From Spirochaetia bacterium (GTDB lineage: Bacteria; Spirochaetota; Spirochaetia; SP-2023), in contig CBDDCK010000005.1 in the NCBI GenBank assembly GCA_965225855.1, positions 1,280,001 to 1,344,000 of the forward strand: a DNA stretch of 64,000 nucleotides. The letters are read 5' to 3'. Positions 30,895-39,967 of this stretch are shown piece after piece. The position numbers and the translations under genes were made by a program. The notes beneath the pieces were generated by a model. The model did no database searches, was not told where the DNA came from, and was given only the letters and a program-made list of their open reading frames with translations. Each line of letters begins with the position of its first letter. Within the stretch, counting starts at the first letter, position 1.

Positions 30895-31174
30895 GTCTAA
30901 CCACCAGCAAATATCTTAACAAACTGGCAAGTATATCAAAAATACTGATTTTATAATTTCTACACAATATTAGAAGATTTCACCAAGTATTCCACGTTAT
31001 TGACGTTTTCTATTTCAATAAAAGTTCAGCAAATAAAATTTTGAAAAAATAATTTACCAAAATACCGCAAATGAAGTAACACAACTGTAGAAAATAAAAA
31101 CACCAAATTGACTCTGGTACTCTTATTTTCTAACTTTTCTCAAAAAATAAATCCCGCCAGCTAATATGACAAAG

Positions 31175-31726
31175 CTATTCAGCTGATCGAGTAGTCTCTT
31201 CTCCAGAATTACTTTGCACAATTTCATCTTGAGTATCATTCGGTTCTAAAGCTTTTCTTTCTTCGGCTTTTTGCTTTTCAAGGCTGCGAACAACAATCTT
31301 CATATTTGCAATTTGTTCATCGTAAAGACGAATTTTCACCGTGTAATTTCCGACCATTTTAATGGTGCGTCCAGGGACATCGATGCGCTTCCGTTCAATA
31401 TTAAACCCTTGGTGGGCTAATTGTTCGGCTATGGTTGCATTCGTTACCGAACCAAAAAGACGCCCCCCATCAGCCGATGGCATGATAATTTCAATTGTAA
31501 TTTCTTTTTCCAGCCGTTCTTTGTGTCCTAATGCTTGTTTGCGTTTTTGCTCTTTACGAGCAGCAATCGACTTAGCTTTGACTTCAAAGTTATTGATGTT
31601 CAAACGGTTATACGGTAAAGCGATACGCTGGGGTAACAAAAAATTGCGCGCATATCCATCTTTGACAATACACACATCACCTTCTTCACCCAGGTTCTTC
31701 ACATCTTGGTTCAAAATAATTTTCAT
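31175..31726 (-). CDS. rplI: 50S ribosomal protein L9
   Basis: MKIILNQDVKNLGEEGD...GYARNFLLP, GRLFGSVT. Confidence 0.97.
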   Translation of the reverse strand: MKIILNQDVKNLGEEGDVCIVKDGYARNFLLPQRIALPYNRLNINNFEVKAKSIAARKEQKRKQALGHKERLEKEITIEIIMPSADGGRLFGSVTNATIAEQLAHQGFNIERKRIDVPGRTIKMVGNYTVKIRLYDEQIANMKIVVRSLEKQKAEERKALEPNDTQDEIVQSNSGEETTRSAE

Positions 31727-31748
31727 ACTCAATCTCCGTAAACAAAAC

Positions 31749-32090
31749 CTATTTCCCAACAAATGGCAACAAAGCCAACATGCGAGAATGTTTAACTGTC
31801 AGGGCCAATCGCCGTTGGTGCTTCGCACAGGTTCCGGTAATACGGCGTGGCAAAATCTTTCCAAGCTCTGTAATAAAACGCTTTAAACTATCGGGGCTCC
31901 GATAATTCATGGTAACAGTATTTTTGCAAAACCGACAAACTTTACGGCGCGACTGAAAATATCGGCGATGACCACTGTACTGGCGATCTGGCCGATTGCC
32001 CTCGCTACGGGCACCTTCACTGCGAACACTTTCGCTACTTTGATTTTGCTCTGTTTTCTTTTCCTTAACAACTTCTGTTTCGGTACTCAT
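31749..32090 (-). CDS. rpsR: 30S ribosomal protein S18
   Basis: [25 protein letters not shown]. Confidence 0.97.
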   Translation of the reverse strand: MSTETEVVKEKKTEQNQSSESVRSEGARSEGNRPDRQYSGHRRYFQSRRKVCRFCKNTVTMNYRSPDSLKRFITELGKILPRRITGTCAKHQRRLALTVKHSRMLALLPFVGK

Positions 32091-32144
32091 AGATTAACCT
32101 CAATTTTTTGCATGATATTGATCGTCTTCCAAAAGCAAATTAAC

Positions 32145-32639
32145 TTAAAAAGGAATATCATCTTCAAATTCACTATCCACAATGGGAGCTACTGGCGGTG
32201 GCGCCGGGGAATAAGCGCGAGTATTCCCTGTATTGCTACCTGAATGGCTAAAAGAAGGCGGATTTCCGTAAGCAGGTGTAGCACCACTATACGATGATGA
32301 ATCACCACCCACACGGGAACCGACCAATTGAATATTACTAAGTTCAATCATCACTTTACTGCGCTTTTGTCCGTCTTGTTCCCAACGATCCTGTCTTAGC
32401 TGGCCTTGAATCACCACTTGGGACCCTTTCAGCAAATAACGCTGTAACGCCTCTGCCCGTTTGCCCCAAAGATTTAAATCAAAAAAATTGACCTCATCTT
32501 CCCAATGCTCACCATTTTTCCGTCTTCGATTGACAGCAAGAGAAAGTTTACCGACAGGATAACCATTGACTGTATGCGATAATTCCATATCACGCGTTAA
32601 CCGCCCAACAAGAAAAACATTATTTAAATCTTCAGCCAT
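32145..32639 (-). CDS. ssb: single-stranded DNA-binding protein
   Basis: LNNVFLVGRLTRD; C-terminal DDIPF. Confidence 0.97.
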   Translation of the reverse strand: MAEDLNNVFLVGRLTRDMELSHTVNGYPVGKLSLAVNRRRKNGEHWEDEVNFFDLNLWGKRAEALQRYLLKGSQVVIQGQLRQDRWEQDGQKRSKVMIELSNIQLVGSRVGGDSSSYSGATPAYGNPPSFSHSGSNTGNTRAYSPAPPPVAPIVDSEFEDDIPF

Positions 32640-32644
32640 AATTT

Positions 32645-32920
32645 CTACTTTTTCAACAGCAAGAATCGAAGCACAGGAAGCTCTTTTTGCAGGGCATTTT
32701 TTAAAGATTCCACTTCGCCACTGTGAAGCTCTATATTCCAGAAAAGATAGTGCCCATACTCTTCCTTCCGAATAAGATATGCTAGCGGGCGTTCCCCCAT
32801 ATCTTCCTCTTTGGAAATTTTCCCGTTCATCTTCTGTAATATTTCGCGCGCTGAATCACTACCTTTTTTATAGTTGTCTTCCTTCACACTAAACAGCAGA
32901 GTAAGTTCATACTGTTCCAC
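32645..32920 (-). CDS. rpsF: 30S ribosomal protein S6
   Basis: YEL, MGERPLAYLIRK..GHY; GTG start after GGAGGT. Confidence 0.93.
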   Translation of the reverse strand: MEQYELTLLFSVKEDNYKKGSDSAREILQKMNGKISKEEDMGERPLAYLIRKEEYGHYLFWNIELHSGEVESLKNALQKELPVLRFLLLKK

Positions 32921-33225
32921 TAAATACCTCCTTATGGTCTTTGATTTATCTTGAGCAAGTAATACGATACACAACCCTGATAAATAAAAAGGAACAAAAA
33001 ATGATCGATAGCACTATAGTGAGAACCCGGAGCTTTGTCAATTAAATAAACAATACTCAACTTTTATACCTTTATATCTTGGTTAAAAATGGAACAAAAA
33101 TATCTACATAAATATTTGCTTTACAAAGTAAAAAACCTATGCCAAAATGGCCAACCTAATTTTATAACGACATTTACGATACAATTGTAAGAAATTACAC
33201 AAACTTAATTTTTTGGAGAAAAAAC

Positions 33226-34743
33226 ATGACCATTGCAGAAGAGTTCTCTCAAGCAAATATTGATGCAAAATTGAGTCAACAAATTTTAACAACGTTAAAA
33301 AACAACAAACTAAATACAAATAACAACTCGAAAAATTGTGATAATTTTGACATTCCAGATATTGATGGCCATGATATTGTTGATTTTTCAGCAAAACTTA
33401 GTTACCAGATTCCAGTAAAGCATATAGAAAAGTTAATCGAAAAATATCCAGAACTTCAAGTGAGCTCTTTTGCCACAGACCCTTCAATAAAACAGGCAAC
33501 AAATAAAAGCGAGTCAATAGAGCTTAACGAACAACAAGTAGATGAAATCGGCTTGTTGCTTAGCCCCTATTTTGCTTTTGGGGTACTCAATGGTGGTTCA
33601 GCATCATCTTATTTTGACACTAAAAAAAACCAGAACTTTTCTCCAGAATTGTATGAATTATTCCAAGCTGAATTTACAAATTTGGCCTGTAATTTCTCTG
33701 CCCAGCCCAAAGCTCTCTGCCCAGCTTTCCTCAATCCAGACGGCAGTTATGGCCCAAGCTTTATGGATTTAAAATTGTGTTCATTGCTCCAGACCATAAA
33801 GAAACAAAAGCTATTGCGTAGCAAATATGGTTTAGCCCAAGCTTCTGTGCAATCGCGATTTTTCCAAATGACCAGCGAGCTTACGGATAAACCTTTGCAA
33901 GAATATATTTTTCAAATTAGAAATAATCCGTTTGTGCAAAAATTAATAACAGACTTAAACTGGGAACCAAACACACAGATTTCTTCTGATAAACAAGCTC
34001 TTATTTCTACTTTTGATTATCGTTGTAATGAATGGGAATTTTTCCGCGATAAAAATGGCAAATTTTTGCCGATGCCTGGCGGACATGGTCAATGCTTTTT
34101 CACCTTACGAGAGCGTTTGCAGACAATACATAACCAAGGCATACGCTATATCTCGTTAGGTAACATCGACAACGTGGCTTATAATCCTCAATCTCGTTTT
34201 ATCGGCTTACTTGCTTTGAGCGGGCGCAAGAGTTTTTTTGTCTGTTCTTATCGCAGTTTTGTAGATATTAAAGGCGGGGTGTTGTTGCGCGAAAAGTTTA
34301 ATGGTAAACTAAATTGCTTTGATATTGGTGCTGGAGTCGATAAAGAGATTTTCAATATAGCTCAACAAAAAGGTAAAGAATTACTCTTTAACTGCGCCAT
34401 CAGTTATTTTGACTTGGAAGCATTATTGGCTAAACTTGATTATATTATTGCTCACTTACCTTTGCGTATTTCAGAGCAAAACAAAGACAAAGGCCACTAC
34501 TGGCAAGTAGAACAAATCACTTGGGAAGTAATAGGCTTGCTAGATTCTGTACTAATTGCTGCGGTGCGTAAAGAAGAACATTTTTTAGCAACAAAGTTAC
34601 AGTTAGAAGCTTTTGTCAATACGGGCTACCGCTTAGCACAATACAAAGATGATGCATTGCAAGAATTAAGGCAATTGGCCAAACATTTTGCCACAGGCTA
34701 TAACCGGGTATTACAGCGGGACTGTGATTTTCAGATGCCTTGA
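33226..34743 (+). CDS. UTP--glucose-1-phosphate uridylyltransferase (UDPGP family)
   Basis: LNGGSASSY, PGGHG, GNIDN, DIKGG, FLATKL. Confidence 0.75.
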   Translation: MTIAEEFSQANIDAKLSQQILTTLKNNKLNTNNNSKNCDNFDIPDIDGHDIVDFSAKLSYQIPVKHIEKLIEKYPELQVSSFATDPSIKQATNKSESIELNEQQVDEIGLLLSPYFAFGVLNGGSASSYFDTKKNQNFSPELYELFQAEFTNLACNFSAQPKALCPAFLNPDGSYGPSFMDLKLCSLLQTIKKQKLLRSKYGLAQASVQSRFFQMTSELTDKPLQEYIFQIRNNPFVQKLITDLNWEPNTQISSDKQALISTFDYRCNEWEFFRDKNGKFLPMPGGHGQCFFTLRERLQTIHNQGIRYISLGNIDNVAYNPQSRFIGLLALSGRKSFFVCSYRSFVDIKGGVLLREKFNGKLNCFDIGAGVDKEIFNIAQQKGKELLFNCAISYFDLEALLAKLDYIIAHLPLRISEQNKDKGHYWQVEQITWEVIGLLDSVLIAAVRKEEHFLATKLQLEAFVNTGYRLAQYKDDALQELRQLAKHFATGYNRVLQRDCDFQMP

Positions 34744-34840
34744 ATTGATCTTACCCGATATTCCAGTTATAGTGGCTTTTTTTGTTGTATTTGAGCTATC
34801 AAAAATCTCAAGCAATATTCCTTTAAGGTAGTAATAAACC

Positions 34841-35419
34841 ATGAATGAACGTACCTATCGAGACTCACAAAAAAGTCGCTATCGCCAGTTTAAATTGGGC
34901 CAACGGTCGGCTGCGCAACAAAATTATCGTGGGGAAATATTTTCTCGGCGTTTGAAGTATACGGCAGAAAAGAGTTATTTTTTTAACCTAAAAGAAAATC
35001 GTGAAGCGGAAATTTACTTGAATATCGTGGAAAGTCGACAAGCTACAGATGAAGGGTATGGTTTCCAACGGCATTCTATTTTAATTTTTGTCGAACAACG
35101 TCAAAGTTTCGTCAGTCAGTGCTTAGAAGCTCTTGAAGCTCTCGCTCAAGGTAAAAATTTTCAAGGTGAAGTTAAAAGTAAACAACGTCAATTCAATTTC
35201 CAAATGCAGCAAAAACGTGGTAAAGCCCATAATATGTACCTCGCCATACGCGAATCAAGCCAGCATTACGGCAAACCCTTACAACAGCAAATTAAAATTT
35301 CACAAAATTATGCGACTATATTTAGCCAAGCTCTGATTGAAACCGTAGAAATATGGTTACAGCAAAAGGCATCAACAAACAAAAGAGATAATGTTCTATA
35401 CAATAAAAATAGGCAATGA
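34841..35419 (+). CDS. DUF3276 / PUR-like nucleic-acid-binding protein
   Basis: GEIFS...KSYFFNLKENR...YLNIVES...FQRHSI. Confidence 0.75.
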   Translation: MNERTYRDSQKSRYRQFKLGQRSAAQQNYRGEIFSRRLKYTAEKSYFFNLKENREAEIYLNIVESRQATDEGYGFQRHSILIFVEQRQSFVSQCLEALEALAQGKNFQGEVKSKQRQFNFQMQQKRGKAHNMYLAIRESSQHYGKPLQQQIKISQNYATIFSQALIETVEIWLQQKASTNKRDNVLYNKNRQ

Positions 35420-37038
35420 CTTTAATCGACCGCTTTTTATCCGAGCACCCATTCTTTTGTGCATTATTGGAACATGAACGTCGCATTCTATCCCACTATA
35501 TAGAATTATATCGATGTGATAAAGGCTCTTATCTTGTTCTTCCCAACGAATTACAGGAAGTTTTATGGATTGTCGTACGAGGGCAGCTGGCCGAATATAA
35601 AACATATAAAACCGAAACGGTCGCCGCTACTTTGTCTACCGAAAATCAAAAAATTGAGTATCAAGAAACAGAAAACGCCGGCGAACCTGCCATAGCAAAG
35701 CAATTGCTGCGCTATTTTTATCCTGGTGATTTAATCAACATTCACGCTTTAACACAGGAATTCGTAGCCCCAAACGAAATAGTTTCCCTAGAAGATAATA
35801 CTCAAGTTATCTGTATGACGACTTTCCATTTAGCAAAACTAGCTCAACAACAGCCCCGTATCCATAAAGCATTACGTCCTGTGTACGATCCTGATGGGTT
35901 TCTTATATCAGGCTTGCCAAAACCAGTATGGCAACAAATGAATGAAATACCTCCTCCCCATACACGCGACTTAGGCAAACAATGGTTGCAGCTTAAACCG
36001 CTGCTACGCAGCCATAATAGCTGGGCCAATACTATTATTGCTGCTTTGATGTTCAGTGCAGCCAATATATGGCAGATGCACAAACTACATGTGCAAACAA
36101 TACCCTTTTTCAATATAGCCTTAATTATTATTTCATTACTCATATTTATTTTTATTGCATTACAGCGATACCGCAATGAATACACACTCAAACGCAGTCT
36201 CCTTCATATTACAGAACGCGGGATACTTGGCCTAAGTAGTAAAATAAAAAGCTATCCCTTGCTTAGTATATCTCAAGTAGACTTACTGCCGATACCAATA
36301 CTGCCTATTTTAACTCGGTTGTTCCACGTTGGGGGGTTGCGCATACATACATATCACAAGGAAATAATTCAGATTTTCTCTATCGATCATGTCTATAAAT
36401 GGCAAGAGATATTGACCAATAGCCTCAATGAAGCCCGCCAACTACAAGAGCAAATCCATCAGAGCCAAACTGTTAAACAATTCCAAAAATGGCACAAGTT
36501 ACAACCAGAGCTGATTAAAGAAATCAATTATCGCAATGCCGAGTTAGAAGGAAAACTGCAATGCAGCTTACGGGCTCTTTTACTCCAAACGGGCCCAATA
36601 GTAGCTCTAGTCCTAACGGGGCTGTATTACAGTTTCCAGTCTGAATTAATCAAGATTTACCTAACTGTTCCTCTATATAGCCTAGTCGTTATTCTCGTCT
36701 TTCAGATTTTACGTTGGTTGCGTTATACTTGGAGAATCAGTGAAGAATTTTTATTCCGCCACGATAATTTTTTGGGAGGACGACATAACCACAAAATACC
36801 GATTAAAGACATTCAAGATGTTCACCTAGAATACTTACATATTTTGGGATTTGGCAATATTTCTTTCCGAGTAAATAACCAGATTATTCGTTTGCAAAAC
36901 TTAAAAAGCCCACAAAATATCTTAGATGAAATTGAATCACTACGCTACAACCATAAAGATTTTGATTCTTCAAACTTTCTAACACACCAACAGCTGGAGA
37001 TGTATCACGATTTTAGTCGTAACCACAGCCACAAATAA
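35416..37038 (+). CDS. cyclic-nucleotide-binding / PH-domain membrane protein
   Basis: N-terminal cNMP-like region; TM pairs followed by bPH_2-like segments. Confidence 0.55.
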   Translation: MTLIDRFLSEHPFFCALLEHERRILSHYIELYRCDKGSYLVLPNELQEVLWIVVRGQLAEYKTYKTETVAATLSTENQKIEYQETENAGEPAIAKQLLRYFYPGDLINIHALTQEFVAPNEIVSLEDNTQVICMTTFHLAKLAQQQPRIHKALRPVYDPDGFLISGLPKPVWQQMNEIPPPHTRDLGKQWLQLKPLLRSHNSWANTIIAALMFSAANIWQMHKLHVQTIPFFNIALIIISLLIFIFIALQRYRNEYTLKRSLLHITERGILGLSSKIKSYPLLSISQVDLLPIPILPILTRLFHVGGLRIHTYHKEIIQIFSIDHVYKWQEILTNSLNEARQLQEQIHQSQTVKQFQKWHKLQPELIKEINYRNAELEGKLQCSLRALLLQTGPIVALVLTGLYYSFQSELIKIYLTVPLYSLVVILVFQILRWLRYTWRISEEFLFRHDNFLGGRHNHKIPIKDIQDVHLEYLHILGFGNISFRVNNQIIRLQNLKSPQNILDEIESLRYNHKDFDSSNFLTHQQLEMYHDFSRNHSHK

Positions 37039-37165
37039 TACCTTTTTTATAAATATATTGACATAATATCTTTGTGCATTAGAATCTTTTTCCGCCCGTT
37101 ACACACAATTCAATTAGCAAATTACTTTAGCCATAATTTATGGCCCGTAATCAATTAGGAGAGAT

Positions 37166-37597
37166 ATGAAAACACTTTATGTCAAACCGCGCGAGAATCA
37201 AAAAAAATGGTTCATCATTGATGCAGAAAATCAACCTCTTGGTCGAGTTGCAATGAAAGCCGCCTATATTCTCCGTGGCAAGCACAAAGCTCATTATGTG
37301 CCATACCATGACCTAGGTGATCAGGTTATTATTATCAATGCAGCAAAAGCAGCACTAAGCGGTAATAAGTTTAATGACAAATTTTATTACGAGCATTCTG
37401 GATTTCCCGGGGGCTTAAAAGTTATGAACTACAAAAAATTAGTGGCTCGCAGACCATTGGCTCCAATCGAAAAAGCTGTAAAAGGTATGTTGCCCAAAGG
37501 CCCTTTAGGGCGCGATCTTTTTCGCAACCTCCGTGTTTATGCCGATTCAAAACATAAACATGAGGGGCAACAGCCAATCTCTATCGAAATAAAATAA
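37166..37597 (+). CDS. rplM: 50S ribosomal protein L13
   Basis: WFIIDA..QPLGRVA, LRGKHK, VKGMLPK. Confidence 0.97.
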   Translation: MKTLYVKPRENQKKWFIIDAENQPLGRVAMKAAYILRGKHKAHYVPYHDLGDQVIIINAAKAALSGNKFNDKFYYEHSGFPGGLKVMNYKKLVARRPLAPIEKAVKGMLPKGPLGRDLFRNLRVYADSKHKHEGQQPISIEIK

Positions 37598-37622
37598 ATT
37601 ATCAGTAAGGAATAAAATCTTT

Positions 37623-38018
37623 ATGGCAACGCACAACTTAGCTCAGGCCGTAGGCCGCCGTAAAACCGCCATAGCGAGAGTTTATCTACGCAAGGGTAGT
37701 GGAAAAATTCAAATCAATAAGCAAGAGCTTTCCAATTATTTCCCTATCGAAAGCCAACGCACAAAACTGCAAATCCCTTTGCGTACCTGTGATGCAGATG
37801 GTTCTTTTGACCTGTATATCAATGTTTCGGGGGGTGGGAAAAGTGGTCAGGTTGGGGCCTGTATTCACGGCATCGCCCGCGCTTTAGTTTCCTTCAGTGA
37901 AGAAAATCGAAAAGCATTACATTCCAGCGGTTTCTTAACTCGCGATGCCCGTATGGTCGAACGTAAGAAATATGGCCAGCGTGGTGCGCGCCGTAGCTTC
38001 CAATTCTCCAAACGTTAA
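37623..38018 (+). CDS. rpsI: 30S ribosomal protein S9
   Basis: GRRKTAIARV, GGGKSGQ, ERKKYG..GARRSFQFSKR. Confidence 0.97.
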   Translation: MATHNLAQAVGRRKTAIARVYLRKGSGKIQINKQELSNYFPIESQRTKLQIPLRTCDADGSFDLYINVSGGGKSGQVGACIHGIARALVSFSEENRKALHSSGFLTRDARMVERKKYGQRGARRSFQFSKR

Positions 38019-38021
38019 ACA

Positions 38022-38067
38022 AAAAACTTCGCCAAAAAGCGAAAAAGCAAAATTTGGCGAAGTTTTT
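38022..38067 (+). terminator. rho-independent terminator
   Basis: AAAAACTTCGCCAAA...TTTGGCGAAGTTTTT. Confidence 0.7.
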
Positions 38068-38118
38068 ATTCATAACATTATTTACTAGCTAAATAGCTTT
38101 CTAAAAGAGATCATAAAT

Positions 38119-39018
38119 ATGGATAAAATAAGCAAAATCAAAAAAGGTATTAAAGTTCTGCTAGGTTGTCCTTTTTATGTATATAAAAGTTATCAATTAC
38201 AAAAAAATTCTATGGCTATTATCCAAAAAGAATTAGTATCATGTAGAGTCTTACTAGAAAGCCTTTATTTACAATCTAATGGAAAAGCCTATATTCTTCC
38301 AAAGATTTTTGAACCAATCCACCCGCAGGGGTTAAAAAGAGTTGGCAATAATAATCGCGATGGCGATTATCTGCTTCCGGAATCTCTTTTAGAGGCAACA
38401 GATGTATTAGTAAGCTATGGCATTGATAACAATTATAGTTTTGAGGAGTGCTTTTATAAAGATTCTGGGGCAAAAGTATTTGCCTATGATGAAAGTACCC
38501 AAAAATATATAGATTCTGATAGTAATTTTAAAAGAAAATTTCAAAAGTTTTTTGATGGGTGTAAGGCTAAGTTTATCCCTATGTTTGTTGGCAAAGGCCC
38601 TGGTCAAATATCTATAACGGAAACTCTCCTAGTACATTGTGAATTGAATGTCTGTTTAAAATTTGATATTGAAGGCGCAGAGTATGATTGCTGGGACGAG
38701 CTTAAACATTTACCACCTAATGTAATCGGTATTGTTTGCGAATTACATGATGTAATGACACACTTGCCAAAAATTACTGCATGGATTAAAAACTCTGAGT
38801 TTGATCTAGTCCATACTCATATCAATAATATTTCTTTGGTATATAAAGAACATCTTGCAATTGAGCTTACGCTGGTAAAACCTCAGTTTTATTCTCCTTC
38901 AGGATTAAAGCCAAATTACCCAATCAGAAATTTAGATATGCCAAATATTCCATTTAATCCAGATTATCTAAGGGTTGAATTTGATGACCTAAGAGACTTT
39001 AGCCTAAATGGTAGCTAA
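38119..39018 (+). CDS. FkbM-like methyltransferase
   Basis: RVG..RDGDY, SYGI...SFE, LKFDIEGAEY, CELH, HTHINN. Confidence 0.7.
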   Translation: MDKISKIKKGIKVLLGCPFYVYKSYQLQKNSMAIIQKELVSCRVLLESLYLQSNGKAYILPKIFEPIHPQGLKRVGNNNRDGDYLLPESLLEATDVLVSYGIDNNYSFEECFYKDSGAKVFAYDESTQKYIDSDSNFKRKFQKFFDGCKAKFIPMFVGKGPGQISITETLLVHCELNVCLKFDIEGAEYDCWDELKHLPPNVIGIVCELHDVMTHLPKITAWIKNSEFDLVHTHINNISLVYKEHLAIELTLVKPQFYSPSGLKPNYPIRNLDMPNIPFNPDYLRVEFDDLRDFSLNGS

Positions 39019-39600
39019 TTATTAAGAAGGTTTTAAACCACTTAGGGTATAAAATTATCAGGAATAATTCTCAAGTATATAATTGTTCCGTTATTACAGA
39101 AATAGCTATCCTCCTAACAGAATACCAGAAAAACATGAAGCTGCATTGACTTTAAGCGGGAATATCCCGATATTTTATTCTCACCGTAATGAAACCATTA
39201 CAAATGCTGATGCAGGGTTTTTCAACAGTGCAGAAGCATATCAAAAAGTTTTTGAGGCTTTGAATGAACGTACTTTTGAATATTATGGTCAGGAAATTTT
39301 AGCTTTTTATGATGCTTTGGAACAATATCCATTAAACGGTAAGAGTGTTTTAGTCTGGGGATTGACAGGCTGTAATTGTAAAGCTATTACAATTTGAGCA
39401 AGAGCTAAAAGTTTACGTTGTGGACTACAATGAGCCCGTCTGTGAATATAAAAATATCCAAATGCTGACGCTATTCTGCGTTACAACAAAACCGATTACA
39501 AACTGATATAGCATTTTCGTATTCTTCGTTTGAACATGATGGACTCGGCCGTTACGGCGATCCTATCGATCGAAACGGAGATATTCGCGCTATGAAAGAG
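39008..39600 (+). pseudogene. DUF268-like methyltransferase, frameshifted and truncated
   Basis: GKSVLVWGL then, in another frame, DIAFSYSSFEHDGLGRYGDPIDRNGDIRAMKE, ending near the cassette boundary. Confidence 0.7.
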
Positions 39601-39682
39601 CCTGATTCCGCTCCGCCGGAAGGGAGGGCTTTTGTAACGGCGCACGCAAAATAAAACGACTTGCGTGCAAATTTACTTGCCT

Positions 39683-39965
39683 TTTAGCTTGGTTGTTTCA
39701 GCCTTTGGCTATATTGGCTTCCCGTATTTACCCAGGCTATAATTGGTAAAAGCAACCACGATAAAAAAACTTACCAAGGCTGCAATTGATAAAAGCAGCC
39801 TTAATAAAAAAATTTACAGCCTTGACAAAAAAATTTGTAGCCTTAATAAAAAAATTTACAGCCTTGGTATTTTCTCCATACCAAGGCTATAATTGGCAAA
39901 AGCAACCACGATAAGAAAACTTACCAAGGCTGTAATTGGCCAATGCAAGCGTTGCAACAACCAAA
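39683..39965. repeat. 21-bp period satellite downstream of lipoprotein 3
   Basis: GCCTTAATAAAAAAATTTACA / GCCTTGACAAAAAAATTTGTA units plus CCAAGGCT hairpins. Confidence 0.8.
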
Positions 39966-39967
39966 AC

